DNA of 48,192 nt from Cytophagales bacterium (GTDB lineage Bacteria; Bacteroidota; Bacteroidia; Cytophagales; UBA9547), in contig JAYVIX010000211.1 in the NCBI GenBank assembly GCA_043769845.1, positions 1-48,192 on the forward strand. The letters run 5' to 3'. The notes under the pieces are model-generated. The model saw only the letters and a list, made by a program, of their open reading frames with translations, did not search any database and had not been told where the DNA came from. This document shows, one piece after another, positions 37,458 to 44,831 of this stretch. The translations under genes and the position numbers were made by a program. The first letter of the stretch is position 1. Every line of letters begins with the position of its first letter.

Positions 37458-38156
37458 TTACAACCCACCACCAATCACCCGAAAAAACGCCTCGCTGTAC
37501 GTATCCGAAATCGGGATAATTTCTTTTCCAATTCGTATCCTGCTACGTTCGATGGATTCTATTTTGCCAATTGACACCATGTAGGACTTGTGTACACGGC
37601 ACACCAAATGGGCAGGAATCAACTGCTCCAATTCCTTGAAATTCTGCAGTGTCATGATCTTTTTGGTCGAAGTGTGGATTCTTCGATAATCCCGCATTCC
37701 TTCGATAAATAAGATGTCGCTAATCGTAACTTTTTCTAGCCTGTTTTCAGTTTTGATAAAAATATATTCTAAGGTTATTGGTTCTGAAATGGTCTGAGGA
37801 AAACTATGCTGGACTTTGTTTACTGCTTGCAAAAAGCGATTGAAAGTGAACGGTTTCAGCAGATAGTCAGCTACTTGCAATTCGAATCCCTTCAAGGCAT
37901 ATTCTTGGTAAGCAGTCGTGATGATGACTTGAGCTTCTATTTTTGAACTTTCCAGTAATTCGATGCCTGAGAGTTCGTCCATGTTGATGTCTAGAAACAA
38001 CAAATCAACTTTATTCGCCCTTAGATAAGCAAGACCCTCCAACGCATTGTCGAATGTGGCATTCAGATTTAGAAATGGCACCTTTTCTACAAAACCCTTC
38101 GTACGTTCTAATGCCAAGGGTTCGTCTTCGATGATAATACATGAAATATTATTCAT
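37458..38156 (-). CDS. LytTR family response regulator
   Basis: IIIEDEPLA, FLDINM, DYLLKP receiver domain; C-terminal RVHKSYMV LytTR domain. Confidence 0.95.
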   Translation of the reverse strand: MNNISCIIIEDEPLALERTKGFVEKVPFLNLNATFDNALEGLAYLRANKVDLLFLDINMDELSGIELLESSKIEAQVIITTAYQEYALKGFELQVADYLLKPFTFNRFLQAVNKVQHSFPQTISEPITLEYIFIKTENRLEKVTISDILFIEGMRDYRRIHTSTKKIMTLQNFKELEQLIPAHLVCRVHKSYMVSIGKIESIERSRIRIGKEIIPISDTYSEAFFRVIGGGL

Positions 38157-39189
38157 TAAATATAGTTAATTGTACGCTGTATAGGTCGTTTTGATTGCTG
38201 ACTTTCAAGTTGTGTTTTTGAGGATAAATTAAGTTCAATCGCTTTCTGATCAGTTCATTGCCTAATCCACTTTCTTCTTCTTTGATGTTATTGTTGATAC
38301 TAAACTTGTTTTCGCACACAAATTCTATCGTTTCTGATTTTATATCGATTCTAATCGTAATCGCATTCTCTACTTTTTTATTGTTCGTGTGCTTGAAAGC
38401 ATTTTCGATAAACGGGATGAACACCATGGGGGCGATGGTTTTGTTTTCGGCTTTACCTGTTACCGTATAATGGACATAGTGTACGTTGTTGGTTCTGATT
38501 TTTTGCAGTTCTACATATTTTTCGATGTATTCTAACTCTTTGGTCAGCAGTATGTTGTCAGCTTTTGTTTCATACAACATAAAGCGCAAAATATCAGATA
38601 GTTTATTCAAATAATTTGACGCTATTTCGGCATCTTTCAGAATAAGTACATCAATGTTGTTGATGGTGTTGAACAAAAAATGCGGATCCAATTGTGATTT
38701 TACTAAAGCTAGTTCTGTTTCCAAGGTTTTCTGTTTTAGCATCTCTTTTAGTTTTATTTCGTCCAACCAAGTAATAAAACCTTGGATGACCAAAGCGATG
38801 ACACCTGATATGAAGGAGACAAACGAAATGAAAAGAGTGACACCAATAGTGGTAGTGGTTGAGTCTGACTCACATTTAGATCCAGCCGTGTAGCTAAACA
38901 ACAAAGTGGAACCGATCATGCCAGAACCAAAACAAATAAGAGCTCCATACAAGATAGAAGAAGTCAGTTTGTTTTTTTTTATGCGTGAGAATATGAAAAA
39001 GTAAAAAAGGTAAAATGAAATGGCAGAAGGAATGATTCCAAAAAACAGGATGATGGCAAAGACATTCTCCATGCGTTTTTCATCGGGATTAGCGTCATTG
39101 CCGAAAACAGCGGCCAGAATAACCATGGCCAGCAACATATAGCACACCCAAAAACCGATATGCAGAAAAGCTACGATTGATTTTTTCAT
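38149..39189 (-). CDS. LytS/YehU-type membrane sensor histidine kinase
   Basis: Four TM helices; LVKSQLDPHFLFNTINNI, IPFIENAFKH, GLGNELIRKRL. Confidence 0.93.
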   Translation of the reverse strand: MKKSIVAFLHIGFWVCYMLLAMVILAAVFGNDANPDEKRMENVFAIILFFGIIPSAISFYLFYFFIFSRIKKNKLTSSILYGALICFGSGMIGSTLLFSYTAGSKCESDSTTTTIGVTLFISFVSFISGVIALVIQGFITWLDEIKLKEMLKQKTLETELALVKSQLDPHFLFNTINNIDVLILKDAEIASNYLNKLSDILRFMLYETKADNILLTKELEYIEKYVELQKIRTNNVHYVHYTVTGKAENKTIAPMVFIPFIENAFKHTNNKKVENAITIRIDIKSETIEFVCENKFSINNNIKEEESGLGNELIRKRLNLIYPQKHNLKVSNQNDLYSVQLTIFNE

Positions 39190-39206
39190 GATTTGAATTT
39201 AGAACT

Positions 39207-39270
39207 CAAAGGTCAATCGTTTTTCGAAGATTGGAAAAACTGTTATGCAAAATGGGAATATTTGTCTGCA
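39207..39270 (-). promoter_or_regulatory. Putative LytTR autoregulatory promoter
   Basis: Minus strand TGCAGAC (39270-39264) and TGCATAA (39249-39243) at 21-bp period; GACCTTTG at 39214-39207; same spacing as at 35211-35295. Confidence 0.65.
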
Positions 39271-39292
39271 AAAGCTTGAAATTATTTTAGTT

Positions 39293-39460
39293 TTATTTCA
39301 AGCTTATTTTCGACACAACTGTTTTCTGACTATACCCAAAGGGACAATTTCGGCACGCATTTTTGCAACAAAAACGTCTCTGTTTCAAGTAATTGGCCGT
39401 AAATACATAAAGACCGTTTTCGACTGTATAGTCTTTGTTTTCTACTAAAATAGTATTCAT
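39293..39460 (-). CDS. DUF5522-like small cysteine-rich protein (55 aa, absent from the ORF track)
   Basis: Manual translation MNTILVENKDYTVENGLYVFTANYLKQRRFCCKNACRNCPFGYSQKTVVSKISLK*; DY..ENG..VFT..YL..R..CC...CR.CP motif. Confidence 0.85.
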   Translation of the reverse strand: MNTILVENKDYTVENGLYVFTANYLKQRRFCCKNACRNCPFGYSQKTVVSKISLK

Positions 39461-39476
39461 TCGTTTATTCTAAAAA

Positions 39477-40127
39477 TCAATTCGCGTACTTTTTCATGTA
39501 CACCATTGTTAATTTATCAGTGACTTTTTCTCTCTTGAATTCGCTGTATCCCAGTTTGTTGTACAAATACATATTGCCTTCGCTTTTAGATCCAGTAAAG
39601 AGCTCGTATCTAGTACATTGGTTTAGTATGGTTTCAATGAAGTACATTAATTTCTGCCCAAACTTATTGTTTTGAAACTCCTTTTTTACAATCAATCGAC
39701 CAATATAAGCCGTTTTATTCTTCACAAAACCTCTTACTGAAGCGATTAGTTGTCCATCAATCGTTCCTATTAGAAAAACGATTCCTTGATCGAAATCAGC
39801 TTCTATTGATTCAACGTCTTGCATCAAAGGTGGAATAGAAAAATCATCGTACAATTTGCCTTCCGACAAATAACATTGTTTTTGCAAATCAAGAATTGCC
39901 TTTAAATCCTCCCGATTCGCAGGTGCCATTATCAAATTTAATGGCTTTAATTTAGAATGTTCAAATTGAAGTTCTTTTAAGCAATTTGCACAAAGACAGC
40001 AGTCGTATTTGACAGCAATGTAAGAAAGCTCATCAGGATTAAGTGTGATTGTGTTGCATTGGCATTCTTCAATAGAATTAGATTTGCATTCAAATTCAAT
40101 ACCACATTTTTCACATATCTCATTCAT
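39477..40127 (-). CDS. Fusion of cysteine-rich CWC-type domain and GNAT N-acetyltransferase
   Basis: N-terminal CEKCGIEFEC...CQC...CCLCANCL; C-terminal IGRLIVKKEFQNNKFGQKLM...LYNKLGY. Confidence 0.82.
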   Translation of the reverse strand: MNEICEKCGIEFECKSNSIEECQCNTITLNPDELSYIAVKYDCCLCANCLKELQFEHSKLKPLNLIMAPANREDLKAILDLQKQCYLSEGKLYDDFSIPPLMQDVESIEADFDQGIVFLIGTIDGQLIASVRGFVKNKTAYIGRLIVKKEFQNNKFGQKLMYFIETILNQCTRYELFTGSKSEGNMYLYNKLGYSEFKREKVTDKLTMVYMKKYAN

Positions 40128-40636
40128 CGCAATTGCTTTTCAATCGCAATAAAGTTAACCAAGTTTTTTGTTGTGTTGAAAATAGGGTGGATTTCTACTT
40201 TGCAAAAATAGATAGAACCGTCTTTTTTGTAATTCAATACTGTTTCCGATATTGGTTGTAATGCTTTGATAGATTCTCTAATTTTTTGATTGATAAAAGG
40301 ATCGGTTTTTGCACCTTGTAAAAAATTGGGCTTTCTGCCAATTGCTTCTGAAACTAGATAACCTGTCATAGTCTCGAATTCAGTACTAGCAAATTGAATT
40401 ACTTGTTTGGCATTCGTCACTACAATGGCTTGTTCTTGTTTTCGAAGTAATTCTCTTAAGTCGATATTCAAGGCCCAATTATATCGGATAGACATGCGGT
40501 TGATCTTGTCCCAATCTTTCTGCCAAGGTAAGTTTACAGGTCGATTCATAAACTCCCAAGCACCTATGAATGGCGTGATCAACGCTTTTTGGTATTTGCG
40601 CGAAATTAATTGGGCGTAATCAGAACCTGTATCCAT
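40124..40636 (-). CDS. Stand-alone LOV-like PAS domain protein lacking the photoactive Cys
   Basis: F..MTGY..SEAIGRKPNFLQG..T, NYKKDG, PIFN...FIAIE; ATGA overlap with the next gene. Confidence 0.85.
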   Translation of the reverse strand: MDTGSDYAQLISRKYQKALITPFIGAWEFMNRPVNLPWQKDWDKINRMSIRYNWALNIDLRELLRKQEQAIVVTNAKQVIQFASTEFETMTGYLVSEAIGRKPNFLQGAKTDPFINQKIRESIKALQPISETVLNYKKDGSIYFCKVEIHPIFNTTKNLVNFIAIEKQLR

Positions 40637-40788
40637 CTTTAGTTTTTTTGTGAAGATTAGACTGATAACTTTAAGACGGGGCTTTTGTTTTGATTTAGTT
40701 CATAGTTTCATGTTTCAAATACTTTTCAAAGAAGTGAGAAAGACTAATTGGCTTGTAGTGTTCTTTACTTTTTTCAAGTATTAATATT

Positions 40789-40804
40789 ATGAATAATTAT
40801 TCAT
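40789..40804. promoter_or_regulatory. Perfect 16-bp palindrome, candidate operator
   Basis: ATGAATAATTATTCAT in the divergent PAS/methyltransferase intergenic region. Confidence 0.4.
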
Positions 40805-40879
40805 TATATATTAAAAAGCTCTGAGGTACAAAAAGAACGAGAAAGAGTAACTTGCGTGCGTTTTTACAATGATCAAAGA

Positions 40880-42037
40880 ATGGCATATCCTCAACTCAGA
40901 ATCAAAAAAGGGAAAGAAAAATCGCTCCAAAGGTTTCATCCTTGGATTTTTAGTGGTGCAGTCGAAAAACTGCCCGAAAACTCAGACACTTGTATTGTAG
41001 AAGTGGCCGATTTTACTGGCAATAGAATTGGATATGGTTTTGTGGAACAAAAAAGTCAGATCGTTTGTCGGGTTTTTGAGTTTTCGAATCAAGAAATTGA
41101 GCTAACGAATGATTTCTGGAAACAGAAAATAGTGGATTCATATTTATTGAAAACCCAAACGTTGCAACTGGGTGATACCAATTGTTTTCGTCTCATCCAT
41201 GCCGAGGGCGATTATTTCCCTGGCTTGATTGTCGATATTTATAATAAAGTGGCAGTCGTTCAGTTTCGAACTACTGGTACTTGGCTTTTGAAAGACGTTA
41301 TTTTCGATACGCTAAAATCGCTTGGATATACGCATGTGTTCAGCAAAAGTCCTGCTTACCTCGATTGGGCGCAAGGTTGGATGGGCGAAGCTGGCGAACC
41401 GTTTACTGTGGTGACTGAGAATAGCTTGAAATTTTCGGTAGATGTGGTGAAAGGCCAGAAAACGGGTTTTTTCCTAGACCAACGTGAAAACAGAAAGCTG
41501 TTGGCGACTTATTCGAAAGATAAAAAAATACTGAATTGTTTTTCATATACGGGTGGCTTTTCGATGTATGCGCTTGCTGGTGGCGCCAAAAGTGTCGCTT
41601 CTGTAGACATTTCAAAGGATGCGATTGAAAATGCCAAACTGAATGCAAGCCTGAACGATTTGTCTGACAGGCACGAAGGTGTGGCGGCCGATTGTTTTGA
41701 TTATTTGCGTAAAGCGGATAAAGATTTTGATGTGATCGTATTAGATCCTCCCGCGTTCTGTAAAGATATCAGAAGTGTTCCCCAAGCTTCAAGAGGCTAT
41801 AAAGACATCAACATGTCGGCCATGAAACTGGTCAAGAAAGGTGGAATTTTGTTTACCTTCTCGTGCTCGCAACATATTAGTCGCGATTTGTTTCAAAAAA
41901 TAGTTTTCGGAGCTGCCAACGATACAGGCCGAAAAGTAAGAATACTACACAACCTAAGTCAAGGCCCAGATCATCCGATCAATATCTATCACCCAGAAGG
42001 CGACTATTTGAAAGGCTTGGTGTTGGAAATTCAGTAA
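40880..42037 (+). CDS. RlmI-like class I SAM-dependent rRNA methyltransferase
   Basis: PUA domain HPWIFSGA, RLIHAEGDYFPGLIVD, GQKTGFFLDQRENR, FSYTGGF, LDPPAF and TFSCS motifs. Confidence 0.92.
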   Translation: MAYPQLRIKKGKEKSLQRFHPWIFSGAVEKLPENSDTCIVEVADFTGNRIGYGFVEQKSQIVCRVFEFSNQEIELTNDFWKQKIVDSYLLKTQTLQLGDTNCFRLIHAEGDYFPGLIVDIYNKVAVVQFRTTGTWLLKDVIFDTLKSLGYTHVFSKSPAYLDWAQGWMGEAGEPFTVVTENSLKFSVDVVKGQKTGFFLDQRENRKLLATYSKDKKILNCFSYTGGFSMYALAGGAKSVASVDISKDAIENAKLNASLNDLSDRHEGVAADCFDYLRKADKDFDVIVLDPPAFCKDIRSVPQASRGYKDINMSAMKLVKKGGILFTFSCSQHISRDLFQKIVFGAANDTGRKVRILHNLSQGPDHPINIYHPEGDYLKGLVLEIQ

Positions 42038-42102
42038 TCAGTTGTCAGTTAACAGTTATCAGAAGAGTCTACTGACAACTGTTAACTGACAACTATTAAC
42101 TA
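42032..42102. repeat. Inverted heptamer-repeat element (CAGTTAA / TTAACTG type)
   Basis: CAGTAAT CAGTTGT CAGTTAA CAGTTAT CAG-9 nt-CTG ACAACTG TTAACTG ACAACTA TTAACTA. Confidence 0.85.
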
Positions 42103-42605
42103 TTTACCGTTTGTTCCGCAACAACGGCTGCTTGCATCAGATTTTTTCTTTTCAAAATGGCTTCTAAAAAGCGCATATCACTTTCAGAACTAAAGATCGT
42201 GAACGGGAAATACAAGAATTGCGCCTTATTCACCACGAGCATATAAGCGTTTTTGGTTTTTACGGCCGATTGGATCGTGTCCCAATTCATCTGCATTCCT
42301 TGTTTTGCATTCAGTTTTATCAGGATATAACGCGAATCGATTTCGTAAGTCAGTTTTTCGAACATCACTTTGTTTTGCTCCATTTGAGTAACGCCCACAA
42401 ACTGGATCACCCAAAAAGCACAAAACAAAACCGCTGCTGTGATTCCGAAACCAATGTACCAGCCTCCGTATTTCACAAAACAACCTGTGATAATGAAAGC
42501 CAATGGTGCAAAACCATACCACCACGTTTTTTTCAATACTTGCATCAAAGCCATTTTGATGTAATCGTTTTTCTTTAACTGATACTTTTTTGTCTTGATT
42601 GTCAT
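42096..42605 (-). CDS. YcxB-like membrane protein
   Basis: Two TM helices followed by W..I....KTKNAYML......FLYFP...F C-terminal domain. Confidence 0.7.
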   Translation of the reverse strand: MTIKTKKYQLKKNDYIKMALMQVLKKTWWYGFAPLAFIITGCFVKYGGWYIGFGITAAVLFCAFWVIQFVGVTQMEQNKVMFEKLTYEIDSRYILIKLNAKQGMQMNWDTIQSAVKTKNAYMLVVNKAQFLYFPFTIFSSESDMRFLEAILKRKNLMQAAVVAEQTVNS

Positions 42606-42612
42606 TTTTGGA

Positions 42613-42693
42613 AATTATGAGTGATAAATGATGAATGATGAATGAAGTACCGAGTTTTGAATATTTATAATTCATCACTCATGATTCATCCTT
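42613..42693. repeat. Inverted heptamer-repeat element (AATGATG type), same family as 26184-26264
   Basis: AATTATG AGTGATA AATGATG AATGATG ... TATAATT CATCACT CATGATT CATCCTT. Confidence 0.8.
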
Positions 42694-43550
42694 TATTTTA
42701 TTGCTTTTAAACTAAGGTCTAAACTGCGAACCGAATGTGTCAATTTTCCTACTGAAATATAATCCGCACCAGTTTCGGCCAAAGCTACGATAGTTTCTTC
42801 AGTGACACCGCCTGATATTTCGGTTTGTACCGTTCCTGCGACCATTTCTACGCCTTTCAAAATCGTTTCGACCGTCATATTATCAAACATAACTCTTTTA
42901 ATACCTCCCACTTCTAATGCTTCTTGTAATTCGGTCAGGTTTCTGATTTCTATTTCGATGTCTAATTCTCTGCCAGTTTGTTTTAGGTAATCCTGTGTAT
43001 TCTGTAAAGCATTTTTAATGCCACCAGCCACGTCCACATGGTTGTCTTTCAGCATAATCATGTCGAACAAACCATAGCGGTGGTTGACTCCACCACCGAT
43101 TTTGACCGCCCATTTTTCAAACAAACGAAAATTTGGGGTCGTCTTGCGGGTGTCGAGTAATTGGGTATTTGTATGCGCTATTTTATGTACTAATGAATTG
43201 GTATAAGTAGCTATTCCGCTCATTCTCTGCATGATATTCAGCAGTACCCTTTCTGCTTTTAAAATAGAATGCGATTTGCCTTTTAAATAAAACGCCACAT
43301 CTCCTACTTTTACATGGCTGCCTTCTGAAATCAATTCTTCGAACTCGAGTTTATGATCCACAACAGAGCACACCCATTTGGCGGCTTCTACTCCAGCCAA
43401 AACACCATCGTCTTTCACAAGTAAATAGGCGGTATGTTTTCTATTGGCCGGAATGCTGGCCAACGAACTGTGATCTCCATCGCCAACGTCTTCTCTTAGA
43501 GCTTGACGGATAAGCAAAAGGGCGGTTTCTTTTTCTAAGTAATTGTACAC
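42693..43550 (-). CDS. nadC: Nicotinate-nucleotide diphosphorylase (carboxylating)
   Basis: ALREDVG.GD, AERVLLN..QRMSGIAT, DTRKTTP, NHRYGL.D...LKDNH and EISGG motifs. GTG start. Confidence 0.96.
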   Translation of the reverse strand: MYNYLEKETALLLIRQALREDVGDGDHSSLASIPANRKHTAYLLVKDDGVLAGVEAAKWVCSVVDHKLEFEELISEGSHVKVGDVAFYLKGKSHSILKAERVLLNIMQRMSGIATYTNSLVHKIAHTNTQLLDTRKTTPNFRLFEKWAVKIGGGVNHRYGLFDMIMLKDNHVDVAGGIKNALQNTQDYLKQTGRELDIEIEIRNLTELQEALEVGGIKRVMFDNMTVETILKGVEMVAGTVQTEISGGVTEETIVALAETGADYISVGKLTHSVRSLDLSLKAIK

Positions 43551-43555
43551 GGGCG

Positions 43556-43563
43556 CAAAGGTA
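43556..43563 (-). promoter_or_regulatory. -7 promoter box for nadC
   Basis: TACCTTTG ends only 5 bp before the GTG start. Confidence 0.55.
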
Positions 43564-43613
43564 TAAAAACTCCAAAAGTTTTTCCGAATATTGATGCTTT
43601 GCTTTCAGATAAA

Positions 43614-44831
43614 ATGGAATTTCACGTATTATATTTAAGTTACGATGGTTTGACGGACGCCTTGGGTCAATCTCAAATTCTGGCCTATCAGCGCAAAATC
43701 GCTTCCGAAACCACCCGAGTCACTATTATTTCCTTCGAAAAAAAGGAAGCTTACGCCAAATTGGGCGAAAAAACAGCCAGCATTTGCAAACAGGCGGACA
43801 TCAATTGGCAACCCCTTTTTTACACCAAACAACCACCCGTTTTGTCAACTGCCTACGATTTGTACCGTGCTTGGCAGAAAATTAAAGAAATACATCAGTT
43901 TGCACCTGTCGATATTGTGCATTGTCGCGGATATATTTCGGCCATTTTGGGTGAGAAAATGAAACACGCATTCGGCACAAAATTCATTTTTGATATGCGA
44001 GGTTGGTGGCCTGATGAAAAACTAGAAAGTGGTTTTTGGTCGGGCAAAATCTATCAACCCATTTTTAAGTATTTCAAAAGAAAAGAACGTGATTTTTTTG
44101 TGCATTCTGACGTGACTGTTTCGCTTACTGAAGCTGGAAAAAAAGAAATTGTACAACTAGGATTCAAAACGGCAGACAAAATCAAAATCGTTCCGACTTG
44201 TACCGATTTGAGTCTTTTCAAACAAAATACTGTTGAAGAAACACATGCGATCAAAAAACAACTCGGTTTTCCGACCGATTCTGTTGTGTTAGTTTACAGC
44301 GGAGCTTTAGGCGGAAATTATCCAATTGAAGCCATTTTCTTGTTTGTTCGCAGCTTTTTGGCGATTTCCGAAAACCATTTTTGCCTCATTCTTTCGAAAG
44401 ATACACCCGAAAAAGGCATTGAATTGCCAGCCCGAACAGTCATAAAATCAGTCACTTATTCGGAAGTAGGCGCACACCTTGCAGCTTGCGATCTGGGTTT
44501 TATTTATTACAAAAATGCCTTTTCGAACATCGGCCGTTGCCCTACCAAACTGGGTGAATATTGGGCTTGTGGCTTGCCAGCAATTTCACCAGCCGAAGTA
44601 GGAGATATCGAACTAATATTCAGGCAATATGCAGGTTCTGGAAAAACAGTTTCAAGCTGGACGGAAGTGGAGATTTCGAAATGTCTGAAAGAAATTATTG
44701 CGCAGCCCAGCAACAAAAAAACACTTCGAGAAGCAGCTATTGATTTCTTTTCGCTCGAAAAAGGAGTGGATTTTTACAAACAGCTTTATAGAAAACTGCT
44801 TACTGACCCAGTTTTTCTTTCCAAAAATTGA
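43614..44831 (+). CDS. Glycosyltransferase (GT-B, family 4-like)
   Basis: YLSYDGLTDALGQSQ, VHCRGY, FIFDMRGWW.DE, VYSGALG and PTKLGEYWACGLP motifs. Confidence 0.88.
   Translation: MEFHVLYLSYDGLTDALGQSQILAYQRKIASETTRVTIISFEKKEAYAKLGEKTASICKQADINWQPLFYTKQPPVLSTAYDLYRAWQKIKEIHQFAPVDIVHCRGYISAILGEKMKHAFGTKFIFDMRGWWPDEKLESGFWSGKIYQPIFKYFKRKERDFFVHSDVTVSLTEAGKKEIVQLGFKTADKIKIVPTCTDLSLFKQNTVEETHAIKKQLGFPTDSVVLVYSGALGGNYPIEAIFLFVRSFLAISENHFCLILSKDTPEKGIELPARTVIKSVTYSEVGAHLAACDLGFIYYKNAFSNIGRCPTKLGEYWACGLPAISPAEVGDIELIFRQYAGSGKTVSSWTEVEISKCLKEIIAQPSNKKTLREAAIDFFSLEKGVDFYKQLYRKLLTDPVFLSKN

Noticed and set aside
39245-39448. 67-aa plus-strand ORF from the ORF track
   Set aside because: Antisense shadow of the DUF5522-like gene and overlaps the kinase promoter repeats.
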